Below are positions 8,941-18,754 of a stretch of DNA of 49,128 nt, one piece after another. Source of the DNA: Treponema sp. (lineage in GTDB: Bacteria > Spirochaetota > Spirochaetia > Treponematales > Treponemataceae). The stretch's first letter is position 1; each line of letters opens with the position of its first letter. The translations under genes and the position numbers were made by a program. A model generated the notes under the pieces. The model was not told the origin of the DNA and searched no databases. It saw only the letters and a program-made list of their open reading frames with translations. The DNA lies in the NCBI GenBank assembly GCA_045643485.1, contig JAZUKU010000178.1:1-49128 (forward strand). Reading direction: 5' to 3'.

Positions 8941-9013
8941 TGTAAAGAAAATTTTTTATTTTTTTTTAGAAATATATTCTTGTTTTTGCTATAATGTTTA
9001 TGGGGATATTTGT

Positions 9014-9829
9014 ATGAAAATCAAAGTAATTATCGATAACATCACAAAAAGCACACTCTTAAAGGAATGGGGCCTCTGCATTTACATAGAAAACAACGGT
9101 AAGAAATACCTTCTTGATTCAGGCAGTTCTGCAAAGTTTGCACTTAATGCCGAAGAACTAGGTCTTGTTCTTTCCGAAATAGATTATGGTATTCTGTCAC
9201 ACGCACATTATGATCATTCGAACGGAATGAAGAAATTCTTTGAGCTGAACAGTACTGCTCCATTCATTCTTAGGGAAAGCGCCAGGGAAAACTGCTATCA
9301 TCACAGCTGGTGGATTTTTAACAAATATATTGGAATTAAGCGTGGATGGCTTAAAAAGTTCGCTGACAGGATAAAGTATGCGTACGGTAAATATGAGGTA
9401 ACAGACGGCGTCTATCTTCTTCCTCATTCAACAGACGGGCTGCATAAAATTGGCGAAAAGGCACATCTTTACATAAAGACAGGCGGCCGTATTGTACCTG
9501 ATTCATTCCTTCATGAGCAGAGTCTTGTTTTTGATACGCCAAAAGGCCTTGTAATCTTCAACAGCTGCTCTCACGGTGGTGCAGACAATATCGTAATGGA
9601 AACTTCAAGGGCTTTTAACGGTAAGCATATTTACGCTATTATCGGGGGATTTCATCTTTTCCATCTTAAGGATGATGAAGTACGTGCTTTTGCTGAAAGA
9701 CTGCGTAAAACTGGTGTTGAACATGTTATTACTGGTCATTGTACCGGTCAGCGTGCTTACGAAATACTTTTCCAGGAACTTGGCGATAAGGTCCAGCAGA
9801 TGTACAGCGGCATGGAAATGGAAATCTGA
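9014..9829 (+). CDS. MBL-fold metallo-hydrolase
   Basis: SHAHYDH, HEQSLV, CSHGG, GGFHL and GHCTG motifs. Confidence 0.9.
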   Translation: MKIKVIIDNITKSTLLKEWGLCIYIENNGKKYLLDSGSSAKFALNAEELGLVLSEIDYGILSHAHYDHSNGMKKFFELNSTAPFILRESARENCYHHSWWIFNKYIGIKRGWLKKFADRIKYAYGKYEVTDGVYLLPHSTDGLHKIGEKAHLYIKTGGRIVPDSFLHEQSLVFDTPKGLVIFNSCSHGGADNIVMETSRAFNGKHIYAIIGGFHLFHLKDDEVRAFAERLRKTGVEHVITGHCTGQRAYEILFQELGDKVQQMYSGMEMEI

Positions 9830-9837
9830 TTACTGAC

Positions 9838-9875
9838 AAAAAAAACGGCATGCGAGATGGGTCAACGCATGCCGT
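9838..9875 (-). terminator. Intrinsic terminator (minus strand)
   Basis: 10-bp stem ACGGCATGCG/CGCATGCCGT with an A run on the left, giving a U-tail on the minus strand. Confidence 0.8.
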
Positions 9876-10013
9876 GTAAAAAGGAAATTATTTTAATTGG
9901 CCTGAACCGTCCGGATGTGCTACTTGAACGGGCAGGGCCTCTAATCACAATTTAACGAATCACTTAAAGGAGGAAGAACAGCGATCCGTCTCTCTAGCTT
10001 TTTTCCTGCTGTT
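9838..10013 (-). ncRNA. Candidate small regulatory RNA (~175 nt)
   Basis: Own TTGACA-N17-TATAGT promoter, two internal hairpins, a terminator with U8, no credible ORF, and an anti-SD tract CUUCCUCCUUU. Confidence 0.55.
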
Positions 10014-10019
10014 GAGTGT

Positions 10020-10048
10020 ACTATATACTTGAAAAAAAAAGATGTCAA
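10020..10048 (-). promoter_or_regulatory. Sigma70 promoter for the candidate sRNA
   Basis: Minus strand TTGACA (10043-10048), 17-nt spacer, TATAGT (10020-10025). Confidence 0.7.
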
Positions 10049-10239
10049 TACTTTTTATGTGAAAATTTCACTTTTTTCGCGAAAATATTTTTGTTTATTA
10101 GAATATATTGCAAATAGTGCGGTTAGTTGACATTTTATACATAACAAAAACTTTCATTTCTTTGCAGGAACAGCCTGAATTTCACTATTCAATTGGTAAA
10201 AAATAATGTATCTTTTAATTAAGGGGTGTAATTTCAATT

Positions 10240-10710
10240 ATGGAAAAGAAATATAACGTAGACAGCTTTAATCTTGATCATACTAAGGTAAAGGCACCTT
10301 TTGTACGCCTTGCAGCTAAAAAAACAGGCGAAAAGGGTGATGTCGTAACAAAATTTGACATAAGGTTCTGCCAGCCGAACAAGGAATTCATGACAACAGG
10401 CGCAATTCATACACTGGAGCATCTTGTTGCTGAATATATCCGTGACGAAATGCCTGGAGTTATTGATTTTAGCCCTATGGGATGCAGAACGGGCTTTTAC
10501 TTTACAATCTGGGGCGACCGTGATGAAGCTTACGTTGCTGAACATATGCTCAATGTAGTAAAAAAAGTAGCCGTCTGGGACAAGGAAGTTCCTGCTACAA
10601 CAGAACAGGAATGCGGTAACTACAGGGACCATGATCTTGCCGGTGCAAAGGAATGGGCTGCAAAATGGGTTGCCGGAATCGAAAAAGACGGTTTTAACTG
10701 CTATAAATAA
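10240..10710 (+). CDS. luxS: S-ribosylhomocysteine lyase
   Basis: VDSFNLDHTKVKAPFVR, FDIRFCQPN, HTLEH, PMGCRTGFY and CGNY motifs. Confidence 0.97.
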   Translation: MEKKYNVDSFNLDHTKVKAPFVRLAAKKTGEKGDVVTKFDIRFCQPNKEFMTTGAIHTLEHLVAEYIRDEMPGVIDFSPMGCRTGFYFTIWGDRDEAYVAEHMLNVVKKVAVWDKEVPATTEQECGNYRDHDLAGAKEWAAKWVAGIEKDGFNCYK

Positions 10711-10757
10711 GCTTTTTTACAAATAAAATAAATATTTCATAATAACATGGAGAAAGA

Positions 10758-12305
10758 ATGAATCTTCTTGAAAAATTCAAGGAAACAATGGCCTCTGTGC
10801 TTCCAATTATGGCAATTGTACTGCTTTTAGGGCTTACAGTTGCTCCGTTGGGCGGATGGCTCATTCTTCGCTTTATAGTCGGCGGTATTCTGCTGATTAT
10901 AGGCCTTACATTGTTCCTTCTTGGCGTAGACATTGGTATATTGCCGATTGGTGAGCGGAGCGGTGCTGCTTTGACTGCAAAACGAAGTCTTCCGCTGCTG
11001 CTTGGAGCTGCTTTTGCAATAGGTTTCATCGTAACAATTGCTGAACCAGACGTACAGGTACTTGCTTCCCAGATTCAGGGGGTAAATGCTTCCGTAAACA
11101 AATGGCTTTTGGTTTGCATGATTGCTGTAGGAATAGGCCTTTTTGTTACTCTTGGCCTTATGCGTACGGTAATGAACCTTTCGCTTAAGGTAATGCTTAT
11201 TGTCTGCTATGTAATCGTATTTATCCTTGCATTCTTATGTCCTTCTGAATTCCAGGGTGTTGCTTTTGACTCAGGCGGCGCTACTACGGGACCAATGACT
11301 GTTCCGTTCATTATGGCGCTTGGTATGGGTGTAGCAGCTGTACGTTCAAGCGGAAAAGGCTCTTCTGATGACAGCTTTGGTTTAACAGGAGTTGCTTCTG
11401 TGGGACCTATTGCTGCTGTCTGTGTTTACGGAATTATTCTACGGCTTACAGGAAATGCCGGCGGTTCACAGAATGCTGCAGTTGAGGCATCTGGTGCTGT
11501 GGCTGAAGCTGCTGCAGAAGGTGCTGCTGTTGCGGAACAGGGACTTCATGTTTTTATAGAAATACTTCCTTCAATCTTTAAGGAAGTTGCTCTGGCAATG
11601 GCGCCACTTTTAGTACTGTTTGTTATACTGCAGCTGTTTCTTTTAAAAATGCCTCCTGTTCAGGTAAGGCGTCTTGTTAAGGGACAGGTTTATGCTTTTG
11701 CGGGACTTGTAATTTTCTTAACAGGAGTAAACGGCGGATTTATGCCGGCTGGCAGCAAAGTTGGTGAACTTTTAGGTCAGGCTGCTTCCGTTAACGGCGG
11801 CTGGTGGACGGTGCTTTTTGTTACCGTAGGCCTTATTTTTGGAGCAGTAGTTGTATGCGCAGAACCGGCTGTATGGGTTTTGACTGAGCAGGTAGAAAAC
11901 GTAAGCGGCGGTACAATCAAGCGCAAGGTAATGCTTTTTACGCTTTCATGCGGTGTCGCAATAGCAATTGGCATAAGCATGCTCCGTGTTTTATACAGAT
12001 TCAGTTTGTGGTACATACTTATTCCTGGATACGCAATTGCACTTCTGCTTACTGTATGGTGTCCTAAGCTGTTCGTAGGAATAGCATACGATTCCGGGGG
12101 AGTAGCAAGCGGTCCTATGACAAGCACATTCATTCTTGCATTTACACTGGGCGCATCTTCTGCTTCGGGCGGAAATCCGGTAACAGATGCATTTGGTGTT
12201 ATTGCGTTAGTAGCAATGACTCCGCTTTTAGCAATACAGATTCTTGGACTTATCTTTAACAGAAAAAATAAAAAGTCAGCAGCAGCTTTGGAGGAGGTAA
12301 AATGA
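10758..12305 (+). CDS. DUF1538 family multi-pass membrane protein (two fused repeats)
   Basis: Two copies of AEP and DSGG..(T/S)GPMT motifs; many TM helices. Confidence 0.85.
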   Translation: MNLLEKFKETMASVLPIMAIVLLLGLTVAPLGGWLILRFIVGGILLIIGLTLFLLGVDIGILPIGERSGAALTAKRSLPLLLGAAFAIGFIVTIAEPDVQVLASQIQGVNASVNKWLLVCMIAVGIGLFVTLGLMRTVMNLSLKVMLIVCYVIVFILAFLCPSEFQGVAFDSGGATTGPMTVPFIMALGMGVAAVRSSGKGSSDDSFGLTGVASVGPIAAVCVYGIILRLTGNAGGSQNAAVEASGAVAEAAAEGAAVAEQGLHVFIEILPSIFKEVALAMAPLLVLFVILQLFLLKMPPVQVRRLVKGQVYAFAGLVIFLTGVNGGFMPAGSKVGELLGQAASVNGGWWTVLFVTVGLIFGAVVVCAEPAVWVLTEQVENVSGGTIKRKVMLFTLSCGVAIAIGISMLRVLYRFSLWYILIPGYAIALLLTVWCPKLFVGIAYDSGGVASGPMTSTFILAFTLGASSASGGNPVTDAFGVIALVAMTPLLAIQILGLIFNRKNKKSAAALEEVK

Positions 12306-12946
12306 CAAAGTACACTCTTTTACTAAGCGTAGTTCCTCATGACAAGGGGGAATTGATAACAAATGCCGCAGTCAGCGCAGGAAGCTTTGGCGGTACAGTT
12401 TTAATGGGCCGTACAATTTCTGCAAGCGCATTTTTAAATGCAATAGGCATTGGCGAAAAATCTTCTGACATTGTATACATTCTTACTGACGAAGAAAAAA
12501 AGGATGCAATACGCAGTTCAATTGAAGAAGCATGTTCTGCGGAAAAAAGCAACTTTGGCTGCATGTTCAACGTAAGTGCAGATAATCTTTTAAAAACAGG
12601 AAACATTTCTGAAGGAGAAAACCAGATGAATGAAAATACACATAAGCTTATTACAGTAATCTTAAACAAGGGCTATGCTGATGATGCAATGGCTGCAGCC
12701 CGTAAAGCAGGTGCCGGCGGCGGTACTGTAATCAATGCACGCGGTACTGCACGCGAAGGTGATGCAAAATTCTTTGGCATGCATATTATTCCTGAAAAGG
12801 AAATGCTTCAGATTGTTGTGGAAAAGGAAAAAGAGCAGGCTGTTCTTGAAGCAATACGTACGCTTCCGTGTCTTGCTGAACCAGGCAGCGGTATAGCTTT
12901 CTGCGCCGGTGTTGACGGATTTACTGTTCTTGGAAAGAAAGACTGA
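12302..12946 (+). CDS. Tandem P-II-like protein
   Basis: Two P-II-like halves (GSFGGTVLMGR; GAGGGTVINARGT...EKE...PGSGIAF); coupled to the DUF1538 gene. Confidence 0.8.
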   Translation: MTKYTLLLSVVPHDKGELITNAAVSAGSFGGTVLMGRTISASAFLNAIGIGEKSSDIVYILTDEEKKDAIRSSIEEACSAEKSNFGCMFNVSADNLLKTGNISEGENQMNENTHKLITVILNKGYADDAMAAARKAGAGGGTVINARGTAREGDAKFFGMHIIPEKEMLQIVVEKEKEQAVLEAIRTLPCLAEPGSGIAFCAGVDGFTVLGKKD

Positions 12947-12975
12947 TTCTTACGCTTTTAAGTTGAGTTGTAGCT

Positions 12976-13833
12976 TTGGAAATAAAGTATTCATTTTACA
13001 GGGAAATAGACAGCACTAATTCTGAATGCCAGCGGATTCTTTCAAAAGCGGGTGCCCTTCATGATGAAAACGGGGAGCTTACGGAAGAAGGCTTGCGGCT
13101 TAACGGGACTGTTGTTGCTTCTGGGAAACAGTCTGCGGGGCGCGGGCGGTTGGGGAGAACGTTTTATTCTCCTGAGGGTAAGGGAATTTATTTTTCGGTG
13201 ATTTATGTCCCGCGCCACGGTGTTACTGATGCGGCTTTGTATACGGTTTCGGCTGCTGTTTGCGTACGGCGTGCAATAGGTGCGCTGTCCGGCAAAGATG
13301 CACTTATAAAATGGGTTAATGACATTTATGTTGAGCAGAAAAAGGTTTGCGGAATTCTTTCTGAAGGATTTATGTGTTCCGGAAGCAGAATTGTTGATGC
13401 TGTAATAATTGGCGTGGGAATAAATATATTTGCGGATGAGCAGATGCCGTCTGATATTGTGCAGAAAGCAGGTGCTGTGTTTGGCGAAGCAGAAGGTATT
13501 TCTTTTGCGGAAAAATACAGCGGTTTTTCAAAGGAAAATGATATTTGCGGCGACAGGGAATATCTTCTGCCGGGGCAGCAGGCGTTTCTTGAAAAATGTG
13601 TGCAGGAACTGACGGCTGTCCTTGATTCAGAAAAGAGTGTTATTCCTGAATACAGAAAATATTCCATGATTACGGGAAAGAAAGTAACTTTTTCGCCTGT
13701 AATCGATGATAAGGAAAAAGATTTTGAAGCAACAGCAGTAGACATTACTGATGATGCCGGTCTTGTTGTAGAACTTGCCGATGGAACCACGAAAATATTC
13801 CATTCCGGCGAAATATCCCTTCATTCAATGTAA
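12976..13833 (+). CDS. birA: Biotin--[acetyl-CoA-carboxylase] ligase (no N-terminal HTH)
   Basis: IDSTN, QSAGRGRLGR, KWVND, KVCGIL, GVGIN and SGEIS motifs; TTG start. Confidence 0.9.
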   Translation: MEIKYSFYREIDSTNSECQRILSKAGALHDENGELTEEGLRLNGTVVASGKQSAGRGRLGRTFYSPEGKGIYFSVIYVPRHGVTDAALYTVSAAVCVRRAIGALSGKDALIKWVNDIYVEQKKVCGILSEGFMCSGSRIVDAVIIGVGINIFADEQMPSDIVQKAGAVFGEAEGISFAEKYSGFSKENDICGDREYLLPGQQAFLEKCVQELTAVLDSEKSVIPEYRKYSMITGKKVTFSPVIDDKEKDFEATAVDITDDAGLVVELADGTTKIFHSGEISLHSM

Positions 13834-13945
13834 TTTTCTTAATAATAATTTAAATTACTTCCTAAAAGTTGATAGACTCAATTTGGCATGTTATAATATA
13901 TATTGTAATTTTCGTATGTAACATATAATTTGGGGACTTTATCTG

Positions 13946-15613
13946 ATGAGTGACGAATTAGATCCAAGCATTTTAGCTTTATTAAATAGTGCAAACGAAG
14001 GTACTTTACCGGAAGACAACGTACAGGCACCTCTTGTAAGTGGTGGAAGCAATGATGATTCTGATATGGATTCTTCTGCTCCAAAGTCAAATGAGGCTAT
14101 TCCTGTAGACTTAAGCAAAAAGAACTTTGCTCCTATAGAAAAATTTTTTGAAGATACGCCTTCAAAAATATTTGATGATCCTAACTACTACAAGGCAGCC
14201 CTTACCGGTGAAGGTGAAAGCTCTCAGCGTTTACATCAGCTGCTTGTAAAATACCTTAACTGTACTGATCCAAAGGATAAGACCGTTTACCGTCAGAATA
14301 TGGTTTCGGCATTCTGGAATTTCGTTACTACTCTTGCTCCAAAGCTTACTAATCCAAATCTTCCTGAATGCAAGCGCATGCTTTTACGCTACGGTGTTGT
14401 TTTACCGTCTCTTTTCAGTCCTGAACAGAAGGATTTCTTCTCAAGGGCAATCGTTAAGAACACAACAGGTGAACCTATTTTCTACATGGATGAATGGTTT
14501 AAGGAAATTGCAGCCGGCCGCGTAACACTTAGTGCAACAGATGAAGCGCCTGCAAGCCGTGCAAAAACTCCGGAAGCAGACCAGCAGCGCATCATGCAGC
14601 TTAAGAGCAAGAACAGCGGTAAGCTTCAGAGTTCAGAAAACCTTCTTAACTCAAAGGAAAGCGAACGTGCTTATGTTGAATCTGAAATTCAGGACAGACT
14701 TAAGCTTCTGTTTGAACATACACCTATCATAGGTCTTGAACCTCATACAAACAGCTATTCCGACATGCAGAAAAAGCTTTTTGTTGAGCTTGCAGAAAAA
14801 TTCAGAACCTTGCAGAGAATTGACCGTGAACTTGCCGGTTATCTTAAGGAATTTAAGGAAGCAAAGGAAATTGAAGAAAGCCTTAACATGAAGAGTCAGG
14901 ATATTCCTGTTGAAGTTGTAAATGTAAGCAAGGAACAGATTGATACTGAAATTGGAAGCGTACGTCAGATGGCTAAGATGACTGTAGGCCGTCAGGGTAA
15001 CCAGTTCCCTGTCTTTACTCGTGAATTCTTCCACTGTTTCGATAAATCAACCGGCTTCCGTGAAAATGTCCTTCGTGAGCTTTCATGGATTGAATCAATT
15101 GATCCGGGTTGTTTCTGCCGTATCCACAAGAATATGCCTCACCGTATTGTTCCTTATGTTCTTCTTGTACCAACATACGGTGACTTTGGTTTCTGCTGGG
15201 AACCGTTTGACCGCTTTAACAGAGTAACAAGCCGTGGCCGTATCATTATTCCAATGTATCCACGTGACTTAAAGACTGCATGTCTTGAAGCTGTTGCAGA
15301 CTTACGCTGGCAGGTTGCCAAAGAAAAAGCTTCTTACTACTGGATGGAAGAAGGTCTTACCGGTCAGTATTACCAGTGGATTGACAGCCAGAAGCTTAAG
15401 GGCGACTTGAAGCAGTACTTCATTGAAGATTACGTCCTCTGGATGACAAAAGAATCTGAAGGCGTTCAGCGCTTGAGCAAGGAAGTTCGTGCAATCTTCT
15501 GGCGATTCCTTCCATTCCCTCAGGAAAGAAAGGATGAGCTTAAGAAAAGAAGTATTGTTTATCAGGAACTCTTCCAGAGAGACATCAACCGCAGCATGAG
15601 TGACGGTTATTGA
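13946..15613 (+). CDS. Hypothetical protein (555 aa, coiled-coil centre, aromatic-rich C-terminal domain)
   Basis: Long ORF with typical codon usage and a downstream terminator; no catalytic motif recognised. Confidence 0.8.
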   Translation: MSDELDPSILALLNSANEGTLPEDNVQAPLVSGGSNDDSDMDSSAPKSNEAIPVDLSKKNFAPIEKFFEDTPSKIFDDPNYYKAALTGEGESSQRLHQLLVKYLNCTDPKDKTVYRQNMVSAFWNFVTTLAPKLTNPNLPECKRMLLRYGVVLPSLFSPEQKDFFSRAIVKNTTGEPIFYMDEWFKEIAAGRVTLSATDEAPASRAKTPEADQQRIMQLKSKNSGKLQSSENLLNSKESERAYVESEIQDRLKLLFEHTPIIGLEPHTNSYSDMQKKLFVELAEKFRTLQRIDRELAGYLKEFKEAKEIEESLNMKSQDIPVEVVNVSKEQIDTEIGSVRQMAKMTVGRQGNQFPVFTREFFHCFDKSTGFRENVLRELSWIESIDPGCFCRIHKNMPHRIVPYVLLVPTYGDFGFCWEPFDRFNRVTSRGRIIIPMYPRDLKTACLEAVADLRWQVAKEKASYYWMEEGLTGQYYQWIDSQKLKGDLKQYFIEDYVLWMTKESEGVQRLSKEVRAIFWRFLPFPQERKDELKKRSIVYQELFQRDINRSMSDGY

Positions 15614-15634
15614 TATTTCACTGCTGTATGGCGC

Positions 15635-15668
15635 AAAAAAAAGGCATCGTGTTAACGCGATGCCTTTT
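15635..15668. terminator. Bidirectional terminator between convergent genes
   Basis: A8-GGCATCGTG-TTAA-CGCGATGCC-TTTT. Confidence 0.8.
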
Positions 15669-15686
15669 GTGTTTTAAAAGAATGTA

Positions 15687-16220
15687 TCAGTCGTCGTGGT
15701 TAAGCGGGAACAGATTCTGTGCTGCAAGAATGTCTGCATTTTCATCTGTCATTTCTTCTGACTGAGGTATGTTAAGGGGAATCTCCTGGTTTAACGGAAG
15801 AATGTCCTGTGCCTGAGAGGCTTCTGCTGCTTTTTCTTCTGCCCATGTGTCCTGCTTGCGCTGAACTGAAGAAGGCATGTTTGTCTTTCTCTTAACAGGT
15901 TCTTCCTTTACTGTATTGTATTTTTTTCCTGTAACGGGAGAATACTTTCCTAAAACACGAGGATCCAGTTTGTCTTCAAGATTGAATTTCTTGATAACCC
16001 AGCCTGTAATCTTAACGAAAAGCCACATGCTCAAAGCCATTCCGCCAAAGAAGCTTACAATCCAGGCAATAGAAATTACTGTGCTGTTCTGAACTTTAAG
16101 CAGTCTGTAGATAAGTGCCGTACTAAGAATAACAAGGCTCATTATTATAACGAACATCATTATAATGTTGAGTATTGTAGAAATTACGGTAAAAAGTGCT
16201 GTAAATCCTTTTTTATTCAT
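15687..16220 (-). CDS. Hypothetical membrane protein (2 TM plus low-complexity tail), coupled to lspA
   Basis: Two N-terminal hydrophobic helices; start overlaps the lspA stop. Confidence 0.75.
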   Translation of the reverse strand: MNKKGFTALFTVISTILNIIMMFVIIMSLVILSTALIYRLLKVQNSTVISIAWIVSFFGGMALSMWLFVKITGWVIKKFNLEDKLDPRVLGKYSPVTGKKYNTVKEEPVKRKTNMPSSVQRKQDTWAEEKAAEASQAQDILPLNQEIPLNIPQSEEMTDENADILAAQNLFPLNHDD

Positions 16221-16786
16221 TTTGTTTCCTTTTGATTTTTAGATTCTTTTACTGACTGAACAATCAGCGAAATTATTAACAAGGCACCGCATACAACTAC
16301 TGCTGAATCAGCAACATTGAATGTAGGCCATCGTTCAATTCCAAAAATATTGAAGAAGTAGCAGTCAATGAAATCAACTACTCCCTGAGGACGGAAAAAC
16401 CTGTCTATTAAATTTCCAAGTCCTCCGCCAAGAATTCCACATATTGCCCATCTCTGGAGTTTGGTAAAATCATTGTTGCGGAAATAAATGACAAATACCA
16501 GTCCTATTACAATGAGCGGAAGAATTGCAAAAAGAACAGCACGTACATTGTCAGGAAGATTGTGTCCCATGCTGAATGCAACTGCATTATTCCTTACGTG
16601 GATAAAGCGCAGGTACTTTCCGAATACAGGAATTACTGCATCAGGATCCATTGTCTGAAGCTGTGGTATATATTTTACGACAAGACCTTTTGTTAACTGA
16701 TCAAGAAAAATAACTGCAGCTGTAAGAATAACTGGCAGAGTTTTCTGTTTTAAGGGTTGTTTTGTTTGATTTGTATTATCACTCAT
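16217..16786 (-). CDS. lspA: Lipoprotein signal peptidase II
   Basis: DQLTK, NNAVAFS, GGLGNLIDR, VVDFI and FNVADS motifs. Confidence 0.96.
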   Translation of the reverse strand: MSDNTNQTKQPLKQKTLPVILTAAVIFLDQLTKGLVVKYIPQLQTMDPDAVIPVFGKYLRFIHVRNNAVAFSMGHNLPDNVRAVLFAILPLIVIGLVFVIYFRNNDFTKLQRWAICGILGGGLGNLIDRFFRPQGVVDFIDCYFFNIFGIERWPTFNVADSAVVVCGALLIISLIVQSVKESKNQKETK

Positions 16787-16798
16787 TCTAATAATATA

Positions 16799-17566
16799 CT
16801 AAAGACCGGTATTAAAGTCTATAAAAACTGTCTCAAGTCCTTTTTCCTGCTGTAATTTCTGTCTTACAAGGTTTACGCCTACTGTTTCCGTCTGGTAATG
16901 ACCGCCTGCAATTACTGTAATGCCAAGCTCCTTTATCATATGGAACTGTTCGTGCTCAACTTCGCCTGTAATGTAAGCATCTACGCCTTCAAGTGCTGCC
17001 TGTTCTGCATCTTCGCCTGCACCGCCTGAAATTACTGCTACTGTTTTTATCTGCTGCTTTCCAAACGGAAGTATATGGAGTGGCTTTTCCCCGTCAGGAA
17101 ACAGTTTCTGGGAAAGCTGTTCAATGCTGCATTCTTCAGGAAGTTCTCCCTTAACGCCGATTGTCATTCCACGCCATTCGCCAAACGGCTGCATGTTCCT
17201 TAAGCCGAGCCTTTTTGCAATTCCGTAGTTGTTTCCGTAAGGATTGTTTGCGTCGAGCGGTATGTGGCATGCGTAAAGTGCAATATCATTCTGGATGAAA
17301 GGAGCAATGCGCTTGTACATTGTTCCGGTAACTGGCGTACAGTCGCCCCAGAATAGTCCGTGGTGAACAAAAAGAAGCTGTGCTCCTTCTTCTGCAGCTT
17401 TTCTTGCTGTAGCTTCACATGCGTCTGTAGCAAAAGCTATTTTTGTTATCTGCTTGCCGTCCGGGCTTGAGTTCTGAATCTGTATTCCGTTGCGTGAAGG
17501 GTCAGCCGGGTAATTTTCCCTGCAAAGAAATGAATTGAAATATTCATCAAGTTCGTTGAGTGTCAC
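16799..17566 (-). CDS. Nif3-like dinuclear metal centre protein (DUF34)
   Basis: NGIQI, HHGLFW, HIPLD, SGGAG, YITGE and GGHYQTE motifs; GTG start after GGAGG. Confidence 0.92.
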   Translation of the reverse strand: MTLNELDEYFNSFLCRENYPADPSRNGIQIQNSSPDGKQITKIAFATDACEATARKAAEEGAQLLFVHHGLFWGDCTPVTGTMYKRIAPFIQNDIALYACHIPLDANNPYGNNYGIAKRLGLRNMQPFGEWRGMTIGVKGELPEECSIEQLSQKLFPDGEKPLHILPFGKQQIKTVAVISGGAGEDAEQAALEGVDAYITGEVEHEQFHMIKELGITVIAGGHYQTETVGVNLVRQKLQQEKGLETVFIDFNTGL

Positions 17567-17578
17567 TGTCTGGCCTCC

Positions 17579-18634
17579 TTAATTTCCGTAATTTATTCTA
17601 TGAATATAATCTTTTACAAGAGCTTCTGTTTCTTTTGCAAGGTGGGCGCTCATGTAGAGGGAATGATCCCTTTTTAGCCCAAGAAAACGTCCTGTAAGCG
17701 GATCTGTCTGTTCTACAGGACCAAAGCCTGCTGATGTATATCCTGCTGTTTTTGAAAGGTCTATTGTCAATGAAGGAGTATTTAATCCTGTCTGCTGAAT
17801 TGCAAAACCGTTTGCCTGAGTTTTGTCGCCTATAAAGATAAAGTCTCCTTTTACTGAAATGCTTCCCGCAAGAGAGGCAAGGGCAGTATATTCTTCGGCA
17901 AGAAGGAATTTCTTTGATTTTAGAAGTTCTTCATACTCCTGCGGTGAAGAAAGCTGCTTTATGTGAAGTACAAACCTTCTCAGCAATGAAAAATCTTTAA
18001 TTTTACCTGCATAAGTTCTGTCCGGACTGTAAAATTCTGCTGCATAAACAGTATAGCCGCACTGTGAAAGCTTAATGAGGTAAGGTTCATAAGTTCGTAT
18101 GGAAGTAGATTTTTCCGGGATAAAGAAAAGGGTTACCCTCTGGTCAGCATAATATTCTTCCGGAGAATAGCGCCTGATTTTTGCTGTTGGAAGGCCGAAT
18201 CCTTTCTGATATTCAACAAAGCCTTTTTCGAATGAGCCTTTATAGTAAAATTCAGAAACAGATATTGTGTATTTCTTTGGTTCGCATCTTACCGGTCTGT
18301 TTATGTAGATGAAAACGGCTGCCGTAACTGCGAGGACTATGTTCAGCAGTGAAATAAGGATAAAGAGAATGCTGTACTGGTCAACGATAAGCCTTGCATT
18401 AAGCCTTATGATTGCACGGAAATTCCATACGACATTGAAAAAGGCAAGAACAAATACAATAAGTTCTGTTTCAGTAACGCCCCATGCAATTATTGAAAGA
18501 ATCGAAAAAATAAGCGAAATAACGGGAAGAATTGCTATTGAGTCAGATTTGATTTTTGTCTTAAAGAATATTCTTAAAAAAGAATAAAGTATTATGAAAA
18601 GAATTAACAATTCACTTATTGTCTGGTCACACAT
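17579..18634 (-). CDS. Hypothetical membrane protein (4 N-terminal TM plus soluble domain)
   Basis: 351-aa ORF with a hydrophobic N-terminus, first gene of the nif3-lspA run. Confidence 0.7.
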   Translation of the reverse strand: MCDQTISELLILFIILYSFLRIFFKTKIKSDSIAILPVISLIFSILSIIAWGVTETELIVFVLAFFNVVWNFRAIIRLNARLIVDQYSILFILISLLNIVLAVTAAVFIYINRPVRCEPKKYTISVSEFYYKGSFEKGFVEYQKGFGLPTAKIRRYSPEEYYADQRVTLFFIPEKSTSIRTYEPYLIKLSQCGYTVYAAEFYSPDRTYAGKIKDFSLLRRFVLHIKQLSSPQEYEELLKSKKFLLAEEYTALASLAGSISVKGDFIFIGDKTQANGFAIQQTGLNTPSLTIDLSKTAGYTSAGFGPVEQTDPLTGRFLGLKRDHSLYMSAHLAKETEALVKDYIHRINYGN

Positions 18635-18754
18635 AAGGTTATTTTAGCGTAAATCCATAAAAATTCATATATTTAACAAAAAAGTGTGATACTTAAAATA
18701 AAATTAAAAACAAGGCTAGAAAATACTTTTCTTTGAACTGAAATTATGGTAAAA

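Noticed and set aside
9966-9977. Strong SD (AAAGGAGG) on the + strand suggesting a missed small gene
   Set aside because: No start codon at a usable distance; better read as an anti-SD tract on the opposite strand.
9838-10239. SAM or SAH riboswitch upstream of luxS
   Set aside because: No SAM-I or SAH consensus elements are visible, and the promoter and terminator point away from luxS.
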